DNA from: the human T2T-CHM13v2.0 reference genome, Homo sapiens
Assembly (NCBI RefSeq): GCF_009914755.1
Contig: NC_060932.1
DNA: 64,000 nucleotides
Direction: 5' to 3' (one strand)
Shown here: positions 11,656 through 23,549 of the stretch, piece after piece
Layout: each line of letters starts with the position of its first letter
How positions within the stretch are numbered: the first letter of the stretch is position 1
Position numbers and translations under genes: made by a program
The notes under the pieces: generated by a model
What the model saw: only the letters and a program-made list of their open reading frames with translations
Database searches by the model: none
What the model was told of the DNA's origin: nothing

Positions 11656-13303
11656 GTAAGTTTGTAGTTATTCATAGTGATTGTGGGTTGTTAAATTATT
11701 TCTAAATCCCTTCTGTAGTTTTTAGATGTTTCTCAGCTGATCCCAATTTCTCTTTGAAGATTCCTTTTCTTTATATATTTGCTCTTCTCAACTGACAAAG
11801 AAATAGGGAGTTAACATGATTAGGTCTGTGATTAAAGTATGTATGTTGAGGGATTGAAACACTATTACATTTTAAATAGCTCAGTGTTAGATCTGTGTGT
11901 TAGAAATACATATGTGTAAGTCTTTTCATCGTGATAGTAGTATTGGCAATACATTTGATTTTCTGGACTTAGGAAAATGAAAATTTTACTGAAGTAAAGT
12001 AAAATTTAGCCTAGTAGCTCAGCTGATCAAAGTCACTATTGGAAAAATATCTTTTTTACATCAGAAATGGAAAAAAAAAATTATGTGAAATTATAGGCCA
12101 AATCCTACCACAACATATATATTAAAATCGTATTTTGAATTCCTAATTGATAGTGACTGACTTACTTGAAAGCAGTAGTTGGTGCATTAAATTCATATGT
12201 AAGAAAACAGTATGTTCAGTCACTTACAGGAAGTTATCAAGATTACTTTTTAGCTCTAATTTTAAAAAAATCTTACTGTTAACTTTGTTTTGTTAAAAAC
12301 AAACAAACAAACAAAAAAAACAGGTAGGTAGGCCAGATGGTGATGAAGCAGCCTGGGTATTAAATAGGATAAGAAAGAAAGTTCTGGGTTCAGGTCCTGG
12401 CATTTTCTTCCACCCCTCTGTTTTGTGGCCACAGGGGAGTCAGCCATCCTCCCAAGCTTGAGTTTCTTGATTACTATATGGCCATAATAAACCCTCTCTG
12501 TGTATTCAGTTGAGCATTTTTGAGCATTAAGTAAGGCAGAGAGTACCTGCATAAAAGTTTGTAAGCTGAAGTGCCAGATGGATGAACCTAGGCAGTACGA
12601 TTAGTAATATATAATGATGATTAATCATCATGAATAGTCTGTGGCTCTAAATAATTCACTTTAAGAACTGCTTCATTTGAAGATGCAACATGAATGTTGC
12701 CCCAAAATCTTTTTCTTAGTACTGCTGTGTATGTGCATTTCCACCAGAGGGAACTGTATCCATTAGTTTTGTATGCCTCGGAAACTCAGGAAATGTTCAT
12801 AGTAGCTTTGTTACTACTACATTAGGAATAATTAAAAATGCTTGAACTTTCTTAAAAGGATCATTCATATGAGTATTAGAGATTAAATCAAGAAATTAAG
12901 AAAAACCTTTTAAAACATCTTTTGAGGGACACTTATACATTTTTTTCATCTGTGAATTCATTTGAAGTAAGAGTTGCAGTTTTCACAATAGAGTAAATTT
13001 AAGTTATTAAAGAAAATCATTCTATGATCTCTGAAGTTAGAAGGCATAGTAGGATTCCCAGAGTTTGGTTCGCATCCTCTATTCTATGCTAGTTTCTTAA
13101 AAATGATATTTTAGGTATAAGAAAAATGTACCTCAAAGGAACGTTTTTGATTTACCACCATGCAGCAGAGTGCTTTCCATATTTTTGAAGTAATTTCTTA
13201 AATTCTTTCAAAACCTCAGGAAGGAGTATGTTCATCAATGGAATGTTCTTGTAATGGGGCAAGTACATATCCCATAGTGCCCCCATAGATCGGGGCATTA
13301 TGA

Positions 13304-13530
13304 TTTTTACTTTCTTTTTGAGACAGAGTCTCACTCTGTCACCCAGGCTGGAGTGCAGTGGTGCCACCCATCATTGTTCACTACAGTCTCAATCTTCTAG
13401 GCTTAAGCTTTCCTCCCACTCCTGAGTAGCTGCACCACCATGCCTGGCTAATTTTTGTATTTTTTGTAGAAACGGGGTCTCCCTGTGTTGCCCAGGCTGG
13501 TCTCGAACGCCTGAGTTCAAGTGACTTTGA
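13304..13530 (-). mobile_element. Degenerate old Alu (AluJ-like)
   Basis: 'tttttgagacagagtctcactctgtcacccaggctggagtgcagtgg' with internal deletions. Confidence 0.8.
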
Positions 13531-13670
13531 CAAGTCTTGTAACCCTTTTTTTGCCTCAGATTCTAGGTCTTTAAAATAACGACAGTACCCATCCCATAAA
13601 GTTATTGAGAGGATTAAAGGAATTAATACACATAAAGTACTTAAAATGCTTGAGTGTTTGGTCATATGTC

Positions 13671-13952
<282 letters not shown>

Positions 13953-14421
13953 TAAAAATGTTAGCATTAATGTTCAATATTCACCATTATTCATCTGGCT
14001 TTAGGCTCTAATTTTATATTGTATGGTATGAAATTACTTAAAATTGTATATTTTAATCAAATAGAAATTCATTGATAGGGCAGTACAATTCATATACATA
14101 TTCTACTCTTTGAAAATTATAGAACAGTGGTTGTCAACAGTATTTGTAGATTAGAATCATCTGAAAAACTTTAAAAAAATAAATATTTTGTTCTTCCCCC
14201 TGCCCATTTTCTCACATTGTAATTTATTTGGTCCGGTGCTTGAGCAATGGTATTTAAAAATTTTTTTTGTTATGAACATTTTCAAGCGTATTCAAAAGTA
14301 GACTAGTATAATATACCTAGTCTACCCATTGCCCCTCTTCATTAACTGTGGCATTGATATTTTTTACAAAGCTTTTGTGCAGGCAGGGCTTGAGCAGTCT
14401 CTGCATTTGATTTAATAAATA

Positions 14422-14760
14422 CAAGTTGAGCATCCCTAATCTGAAAATTTGAAATTCGAAATGCTCCCAAATCAAATTTTTTGAGGGCTGACATCACAAG
14501 TGGAAAATTCTACACTTGACTTTATGTGACAGGTCACAGTTCAAACTTAGTTTCATGCACAAAGTTATTTAAAATGTATAAAATTACCTTCATGGTGTGT
14601 GTGTAAGATATGTATGAAACATGAATGAATTTTGTGTTTAGATTTGAGTCCCATCCTCAAGATATCTCATGTAGTATATGCAAATACTCCCAAATCTGAA
14701 AAATTCAAAAACTAAAACAATTCTGGTTCCAGGCATTTAGGATAAGGGATATTCAACCTG
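14422..14760. mobile_element. Tigger4/MER46-type non-autonomous DNA transposon
   Basis: Terminal inverted repeats caagttgagcatccctaatc / gataagggatattcaacctg, flanked by TA on both sides. Confidence 0.85.
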
Positions 14761-14932
14761 TATTATATTTATTTATTCAACAGATATTTATTAAGTGCCC
14801 AGTATATACCAGGCTCTCTGTGTACAGTGGTGAACACAGCGTATCCCTGCTCTGACTGGTTGCCCGTTCACACATATTTGAATGTGATTTACATTTTTAT
14901 TTTCCTTACTGATACTTTTTTTCTTCCTATAG

Positions 14933-15039
14933 CTAAGAGCTCTGTCTCACATTTTACAAACACCAATAGAGATAATACAGGCAGATTCTCCTCCCATTAT
15001 AGTTGGTGAAGAATATTCAAAAAAACCACTAATACTTGT
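14933..15039 (+). CDS. OTUD6B: OTUD6B exon 6 ([36 protein letters not shown])
   Basis: Long pyrimidine tract ending cctatag| and donor GT|GTAAGT; 107 nt, cumulative 797, phase 2. Confidence 0.97.
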
Positions 15040-15708
15040 GTAAGTACCTAGACATTTTTACTGTTTTATTTTTCACAATTAATACAAAAAGGAATATTAA
15101 AAAATTTAGATTATATGTGTTAAAATATGTGACTTAGATAATTTTTTAAACCTCTAGCGATTTATTTTTGTGTGTGAGTTTAGAATAAAGTCATTTCTAA
15201 AGGTTATAACATTTTAGGACTAGTTTGTATACTGTCCTGGTTTGACATTAGTAATGCTAAAAGTTTCAACAAGTGTTAAAAGTTGAAATACATTCATGTT
15301 GCCTGTTTATTCCTTAGATTTATTTTTCTTCATTTTATGAAAATATCTTACATGATTTAGAAATCTCTTCTGAAATACAGCATGCAGGGTTTGCTATTGG
15401 CTTTAGTATTTTTTAGCTAAACCTATTAAGATAGTCATCAATGGCTAGATGACAATTTAAGCTGATTGAACCTTCAGCATCTCAGCCTTTTCGTTTTACC
15501 CCAGTGATTGAACCAGATCTTGCTGACTGCTGCCACTTTTCAAATGGTGTTGAACTCTTAATTAATATGTCCACATAGTCTATTGAGTGAAACCCATGTG
15601 GACTGAGTCATTCAGAATCATTGGTTTATATATATATATAATAAGCATATATATATAGAAAAATTGCTTTCATCAAAACTACTCATTTCTTTTTTTTTTT
15701 AATTTCAG

Positions 15709-15793
15709 ATATATGAGACATGCATATGGCTTAGGAGAACATTATAATTCGGTTACACGGTTGGTAAACATAGTTACTGAAAATTGCAGCTAA
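15709..15793 (+). CDS. OTUD6B: OTUD6B last coding exon (YMRHAYGLGEHYNSVTRLVNIVTENCS*), catalytic His277 at 15740-15742
   Basis: Acceptor aatttcag|; OTU H-Y-N motif; TAA at 15791-15793; spliced CDS totals 882 nt = 293 aa. Confidence 0.97.
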
Positions 15794-18020
15794 TTTATAC
15801 AATGTTGTACAATTATGTTTTAATACAGTGTGCTGAACTGAGTATTTCTACCAAGTGTTGGGTTGTTCTAAATGCTACTGAAAAACACAACTACCTTATA
15901 TCAGTTTTATGGCAAAGCTACTAACAGGTGTTTTTAGAAATATGTCAGAGATAAACTTTAACCAGTGTCTTCTTAGTGGAATTTTAAAAATTTGTTAAGT
16001 TCATTGTAGAGAACACCATTCATAGACCAAGATGGTCCCCTATTAGCTGATATTTTCATTTATGTAAGATCCTGGACATTCTGTTTTGTGTTGGAACAAA
16101 TTTTCAATGTTTTTAATTCTCCCTTTTCTGCCTGTTCCTAAAAACTTTCAAAATAACCATTTCAATGTAATTTGTCTTGAAGAAGTTTACCCAATATCTT
16201 TGTCATTGCAATAATGTAGTATGGTGATGGTCAATTTAATTATTGCTTATAAAATGAACTTGATTGCAGTAACCATGGTATCGATGAGACTAATGCAGTG
16301 AAGCTTTATTACTAATATATATAGCCTTATCAAAGCAAGCTAAGAAGCTTGCTTTAATAATTAATAATTTAAAAATATTTATTTAGATGGGATTCAGTTG
16401 TTTAAAGAAGTGAGATAAATTCAAAGGTAAATAGGTATTCTCTGTCAAATTTAAATCTCTAAAGAATTAGAGATTAGTTTTTTATTTGTGTATAATTTAA
16501 AAAAGACCTAATAGGTTACTGTCTTTTTAATGCATTTGTTATTCTTTCGTATTTTTTAAGCATCGGACTGGAGTTAGTACCATCATCTCTTGAGTCTTTC
16601 ATAACTACACATTTTTATATTTCCTTTTGTGTTTTCTACTTTGCTTTCCTTGAAGGAACAAGCATTTTGTGGCCTTTACCTTGTGCAATTTTAGGGAGTA
16701 GCAGTGTAAAAGGTCCAAGACCACATTTACTTGAAATTCTTCCTCTTTTCTGATTTGTCTTACCAGATATTTCCCTTCTTGCCTCATTCTCTAGGATTTG
16801 AATAAAACCTTTGCCACTTATTTTATTAGCCTTATTAATGTCACCTTTCCTTCAACTCAAATATTTGAGAAATTTTATGTTACATATATGAATGAAGTTG
16901 AAAGCTACTGTTTGGAAGCTAAGACTTGTATAGAGTAGTTTTGTATATGAATGGTTGTTCTAGCTCAGATTTCAGGTTACTCACAACAGTATTCTTTCTA
17001 AGAGGATATATACAAATGTCTCTCATAATTTATGTAAGGAAATATTATGAAAATGAGACTTTTTTAGTTTGATGTGTGTTTCCCAAACTAGAGATAAAAC
17101 TAGTAAGATTTAGTATCGTTTATAACATTTGAATTTTTGCTCCATGAGTACAACTAATTTTTATAAGTAAATATTGGGTTTATATGAAAAATGGGGTGTC
17201 AGTCTTTTCACACGCCCAGCAGGTAACAATGTGGGAAGCTGGCAGGGTCATTGATAGCAAGTAAGTACTTCCTGAAGGCTTTCCAGTTCAAAAGATTACA
17301 AGCCATTCTGCCTGCCAAACAAATTATATTCTGAAGATGCCTGTTTTGTAACCCTTGATGTGAATTTTTTGGTGTCTGAAATTTACAAAAGAATGAAATT
17401 GAAATTGTAAAACACTAAATGCTTTGGGTTTATTTTGAAGTAATCTGTTACTTTAAAATGTCAACATTAGGAAGCCATAAAACAAGATATTATGAAACCC
17501 AGTATTATAAATGTTATCTACATCTAAAGTATTTTAAAATAACTTATTGGCAGCTTTATTCTTTTTTTCCTTACAAGATTTAGAATCTTTTTGGTTATAT
17601 GTCTATTTTTCAATTTTGTTATATTTTTAATTTAAGTGGCCAATGTGGTTATGAACAAGATTTGTATGGTCAGCTTCTGTTCTTTCCTAAAACTTCAGAT
17701 AAATATCATTTTAGCTATAACCTAAAAAAGTGTTTAAATAAAATGACAGATGTTAATTTAAAAGCAGCATATGCTAATTTACTTTTTCATATGATGATGG
17801 TCTAATGGAAGTTACATATGCTTTCTTTTGTCCTAACTCTGAAAAGTATATGTCAGAGTTCTGGAATATGTCTTTAGCCAAGAATTTTATTCACTTAAAT
17901 TTGTTTACAACTTGTATAAAGCAAAAAAGAATGTGTGTAACTATAGTGAACGCATAGTTTTGCTTATATTATGTGATGTTTGCCAAAAAAAGAATAAAAA
18001 ATGAATGAATTAAATCAACA
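15794..18020 (+). other. OTUD6B: OTUD6B 3' UTR, about 2.2 kb, AU-rich with no recognisable interspersed repeat
   Basis: Follows the stop codon; many ATTTA pentamers; ends near the poly(A) signal cluster. Confidence 0.75.
17993..18014 (+). terminator. Distal polyadenylation signals AATAAA (17993-17998) and ATTAAA (18009-18014)
   Basis: Canonical hexamers with upstream TGTA motifs and a T/GT-rich stretch downstream. Further AATAAA at 16801 and 17737 may be proximal sites. Confidence 0.7.
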
Positions 18021-19604
18021 TTTATTTGCTTGAATTGTCATTCTTTAACAATTCAAGAATTTAGAAGTGGAGAAAACTCCTTTTGCTTTGTATCCAGCCT
18101 TTACTTTGTCTTCACACACAGATTCTTACATTTTAAGGGATTTTGAATAAATATATGAGCATAGCTTATGCCCCAGAAGTAGAGGGAAATAAAGTAATAG
18201 CCATTTAAGCTATAGCTCTTAGAAATCAGGTACAATCTTAGAACCTTTTAGAATAATGAATGTTTATTTAGGGTAAGTGAATTTGAAAAATATTTTAAGA
18301 CCCATAGATGTTAAAATAAAGAATAAACATTTGTGTGCAAGAATGTGGAGCAGTAAGAAGGAAGTTTGTACAAATTAATGTTTTCACACAATTGTTAATA
18401 TAGTGCCTTCTTGGTACAGGTTCTTATGAAGTAGCTGAAGGACTAGATCAGTTGATCTTCTGAGAATTTATTTGGTGATTTCATGCTTTTTTTTTTTAAA
18501 CTTTTATCGAACAGATGAAATTTTTCTCTGCCTGTTCTGTTACCTCATACATTGATTGTTTCCTCCTGTCTTAAGTCTTTATCTTAGAGCTCATGAGGTT
18601 TTAATTCTTAACACATGGGTCTTTTAACCCACCATTGTTCTCTCCCACTTGAGGTCTTGGAACTACCATTCAGAATTGAATGTTTCACCCAACCTGCTTT
18701 ATCCAGCTTCCTTGTCTTTCTAGTCTCAGTTTACATATTGATAGTACCTTCTGAGACAACCCTCCTCAGACTCCTCCCAATCTTGTTTCTTTCTAATACG
18801 TACACACTTGTAATCACTTACTTGAATTTAGTTGTTTTTCATCTATTTTTTTCCATACTGTGTTAAGAGCTTAGAAACAAGAATTTCTTGTTCACTGCTC
18901 TTAAAATACTTAGCACATTGCCTGGCCTGTCTGCATTGCGTGCTTAAAAAATGTTTGTTGACAGACTATCAGTTGAGAGGATAGGATATGAGTAAGAAGT
19001 TGCATTAGGTTAACAGACTGCTGGGAATAGAGAGATGGATATGATTTAGAATTGTGCTTGCTCGCAAAAGGCCTGCTTTTTAATTTACCTTGCCCTTGGA
19101 TGAATTCTTCAAGTCTTTTGGTCAGTTGAAGGGAGAAAGGGAACCCAACAGAGCTTTCATTTTTCTTAACTTCCAAAAGTAATGTTTCAGCTAATTTACC
19201 TTCATATACCAATTAGGGTAATGTCTGATTTTAATAAATCTACACAAATATAAGAATCCTATAAAATAAGTGTACAGTTAGAAAAAAATTAAAACCTTTT
19301 TTAATATACTGACCATGAAGAAGTTTTATAGTTGTCTTATTTCAGTATAATCAGGATGACTAGTATGACATACTGGAACAAATTGCTGCCTTTCTATAAG
19401 GCTGCTGAATTTTTATTTCCGTGAATAGGGATGATATATAATCTAGCTCTTGTTTGTCACTCTTGTATTGACAAAAAGTCTTATTTATTGTTTATAATTT
19501 TAACCAAATATAGGATTAACATGGGGATCAATAACTTCAGTGCATGAGTTGATGAACAAAAATAATGACCTCACTTTAAAAAGTAAATTACATGAGTTTT
19601 TAAA

Positions 19605-20342
19605 ATTTTTCATTTCATTTTATTTCTTAATTTTCTATTTTAGATTTAAAGGGTACATGTGCAGGTTTGTTACATGGGTATATTTTATAATGCTGGAATG
19701 TGTGTTTTTATAGAATCTGTCACCTAAATAGTGAACATTGTACCCAATAGGTAGTTTATCAACCTCCCCTACCCTTTTGGAGTCCCCACTGTCTGTTATT
19801 TCCATCTTTATGTCCATGTGTATCCATTGTTTAGCTCTCATTTTATAAGCGAGAACATGTGGTATTTGATTTTCTGTTTCTGTGTTAATTCACTTAGATA
19901 ATGGCTTCTAGCTACGTCCATGTTGCTGCAAAGGACATGATTTCATTCTTTTTTATAGCTGCATAGTATTCCATGGTGTCTATGTACCACATTTTCTTTA
20001 ATCTACCAGTGATAGGCACTTAGGTTGATTCCATGACTTTGCTATTGTGAATAGTGCTTTGATAAACATGAGTGTAGATGTTTTTTTGATAGAATGATTT
20101 CTTTTCCTTTGGGTAGATAACCAGTAGTGGGATTGCTGGATTGAATGGTAGTTACATCTTTAATTCTTTGGGAAATCTCCATACTGTTTTCCACAGGGGT
20201 TGAACTAATTTACATTCTCACCAACAATGTATAAGTGTTCCCTTTTCTCCATATCCTTGGCAATTTCTGTTAATTTTTGGCTTTTTAATAATACCCATTC
20301 TGACTGGTGTGAGATGGTACCTCATTGTGGTTTTAATTTGCA
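19605..20342 (-). mobile_element. L1 3' end (old L1PA/L1PB-like), antisense
   Basis: 'gggtacatgtgcaggtttgttacatgggt', 'catgttgctgcaaaggacatgatttcattc' and 'ctcattgtggttttaatttgca' are L1 3'-end hallmarks. Confidence 0.9.
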
Positions 20343-20473
20343 GTAAGTAAGGGTTTTTTTCACTTTGCCAAATCCTGATGGAAAAATTGCTGTTTTTGAA
20401 TCAGGCATTTCCCCCACCCCCCACCCACCCCTACTCTTGTGACTGACATTGGAAAGGCCTGATATACCTAGAT

Positions 20474-20650
20474 CAGAGATTTTCATCAGTGGCACTATTA
20501 ACATTTTGAGTTGGATAATTCTTTGTTGTGGCATTGTAAGATGTTTAGCAGCAGCATCTCCTTTCTAAGTACCTGTATCATCCCCCTCCAAAGTTGTAAG
20601 AACAAAAAATGTCTCCCTGGGAACAAAATTGCCCCCAGTTGAGAACCACT
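20474..20650 (-). mobile_element. MER20-like hAT DNA transposon
   Basis: Ends 'aaaattgcccccagttgagaaccact' and contains 'ggcactattaacattttgagttggataattctttgttgtgg'. Confidence 0.75.
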
Positions 20651-22075
20651 TACTAAATCATAAGTTTTATTGCTAATGAGGTTGGAAAGTTCTAAAGAAA
20701 ACCATTTAGATCACAAATTGGACACATTAGGCAGTTAGTCATCTACTTTACATGACTTTAGCAACTGCCTAATGCCAGACTTACATGAATCCCCTTTGAA
20801 AAAGCTGAATGGACCTTAACTTTTTTTCCTTTCTCTTCATATTCTTAACCACTAAAATGTGTTTATTTGGCTTTTGGGATTACTGGTGGTAGCATTCAGG
20901 ATAGACTAAGTTGTGCTATGGTAACAACTCAAAAATCTTGGAGTCACATAACAACATGGGAGTGTTTCTTGTATTGTTACATTTTGCAAGTTGGGTGAGG
21001 GCCCTGCTCCATGATTTTGTACTGTAGGACCCAAACTATTCAAGCTGTCACCATCTTAAACTTTATTAGAAGAGAGCATTCTGGAGGATCTCCCTCCAGC
21101 AAGTAAATTCTGTGGCTTAGCAGAAACACATCTCATTTCCATTCATTGTCGGAATTAGTCACATGGCTTCACCTAAGTAGGAAAGTGCCCAGAAGTGCAG
21201 TCCTACCCTGTGTTCTGAAGGCAGGGAGCTGGAATATTTGGTGAACATTACTAAGCATTATTACATGTACTGGAAATCGTGGTCTTTGGGTTCAGACTTA
21301 TCATTTCAGTCTTGACCCTGGCGCTTATTGACTAACCTTTCAGAGCTCCTGTTTACTTATATAAAATAGGAATAATAATGTTTTCCTAGTAGGAGAACTA
21401 TAAAGATAAGTAGGAATGTTTAGATAATATATATAGCATATTCTATATAATTTATGGTATTTATGAGTATAATAGTTATTATTTTACAGGTTGGTTTTTG
21501 GTGTATTATATGTCACCTAAATGGGAGGCAGAAATGTGATAGGCTACTAATATCTTTTGGAAAAGTGGGATTGTCAAGGTGGTTTATAAAGCAGAGCCTT
21601 GGAATGCTAGAATGAGGGGCCGTTTCACTGTTACTCTTAGAATTAAGCATGTAGGAATTTAGTATGTAGTAACTTGTAGGACATAATGAGACCACTATGA
21701 GATCAAGAAAGTATCTGATATAATAAGGTAAACATTCTAATAGTATTTCTGTTTTGCTTTCTACTGAATATCTCAAACTTTGATATTTATATTCTGTTTA
21801 GGATTTAGCTGTCAAGATTCTTGATTGACATAGAGGTTGTCAGGTTTGGTTTTGATATTCTTAAACTCTTTTGGTATTGTGGGTGAATTAATGTGAATTA
21901 AGAAAACACCTTTCCTAAGCTCCACAAAGAATATTCAGGTGCTTTAAAGAAATATTTTGTGTATGTTGTAATATATTTACAAAGCTTGTTTTAATTATTG
22001 CTAATGAATGACACCCTTTGCACATGGACCTATTTATTTAAACTTGTAATTTTGAATATATATATTTTTTGTTTG

Positions 22076-22107
<32 letters not shown>

Positions 22108-22286
22108 CTTCCTCCCCTCCTCCTGACTCAAAACAGTCTGGATTTGGTCTCTACCATGTCACTGAAACTGCTTCTAAGAGTAGTACCAGGAACTGCTAAC
22201 TTATCCTTAACTTACTGGAAATCTCTGCTGCCTTTAGCACTGTAGACTACACCCTCCTTGAAATTATCTTTTTCCATAATACTACT

Positions 22287-22830
22287 TGTGATGTTTAAAA
22301 CTGAGTGTCAACTTGATTGGATTGAAGGATGCAAAGTATTGTTCTTAGGTGTGTCTCTGAGGGTGTTGCCGAAGAAGGTTAACATTTGAGTCAGTGGACT
22401 GGGAGAGACAGACCCACCCTCAATCTGGGTGGGCACCATCTAATCAGCTGCCAGCATGGCTAGAATAAAGCAGGCAGAAGAAAGTGGAATGAGCAGACTT
22501 GCTGAGTCTTCTGGCCTTCATCTTTCTCCTGTGCTGGATGCTTCCTGCCCTCGAACATCAGACTTCATTCAGCGTTGGGACTCTTGGACTTACCCTAGTG
22601 ATTTGCCAGGGGCTCTTGGGCCTTCAGCTAAAAACTGAAGGCTGCACTGTTGGCTTCCCTACTTTTGAGGTTTTGGGACTCGGACTGGCTTCCTTGCTCC
22701 TCATCTTGCAGATGGCCTATTGTGGGACTTCACCTTATGATCGTGTGAGTCAATACTCCTTAATAAACTCCCCTTCATATATATATCTATCCTATTAGTT
22801 CTGCCCCTCTAGGGAACCCTGACTAATACA
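22287..22830 (+). mobile_element. Full-length MLT2A (probably MLT2A2) ERVL solo LTR
   Basis: TG...CA termini, perfect 5-bp TSD CTACT (22282-22286 / 22831-22835), diagnostic 'gagtgtcaacttgattggattgaaggatgcaaagtattg'; 544 bp. Confidence 0.9.
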
Positions 22831-23252
22831 CTACTCTTTGCTAAACGGTTCCTCCTCCTTAGGTGCTGTTCTGGTCTGAGCCTCTTCCCCTGACTGTCCT
22901 TTAGGATGTTATCCTTGACCCTCTTTTTCACACTTACGTCAGAGCTTCCAAACTGCTGGACTGAATGTGGCTCAGAGACATACTTTGTTAGACCTGTGTA
23001 GTGATTTAAAATAAAAAAAAAAAGATGTGACGTAGTTGGTAGCTTTTAAGGGGAGATTTCACCAAAAATTCATATTTCCAGCTTCTTAAAAAAAGCTAGA
23101 AGGGCTGTCTACACTGAGCCAGGATTTCCTTGTGGCAGCACTCAACAAGAAGTGAGCAGTGGCTGGAGGTTTCAAACAGGGTTTCACCCACCACCATCTC
23201 CACCTGGTCTGCTAACTTAAATTTCTTATCTCAGTCAAAAGTGCCTAGTTCC

Positions 23253-23549
23253 AGCCGGGCATGGTGGCTCACGCCTGTAATCCTAGCACTTTGGGAGGCA
23301 AAGCCAGTGGATCACCTGAGGTCAGTAGTTCGAGACCAGCCTGGCCAACATGGAGAAATCCTGTCTCTACTAAAAATACAAAATTATCTGGGCCTGGTGG
23401 TGCATGCCTGTAATCCCAGCTACTTGGGAGGCTGAGGCAGGAAAATCGCTTGAATTCGGGAGGCAGAGGTTGCGTGCAGTAAGCAGAGATTATACCGCTA
23501 TACTGCAGCCTGGGGGACAGAGCAAGACTCTGTCTTAAAAAAAAAAAAA
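23253..23549 (+). mobile_element. AluS-type SINE
   Basis: Full dimer with A-tail and an imperfect TSD (gcctagtt(t)cca). Confidence 0.92.

Noticed and set aside
22456-22798. ORFs of 60 and 99 aa upstream of LRRC69
   Set aside because: They lie entirely within the MLT2A LTR consensus sequence.
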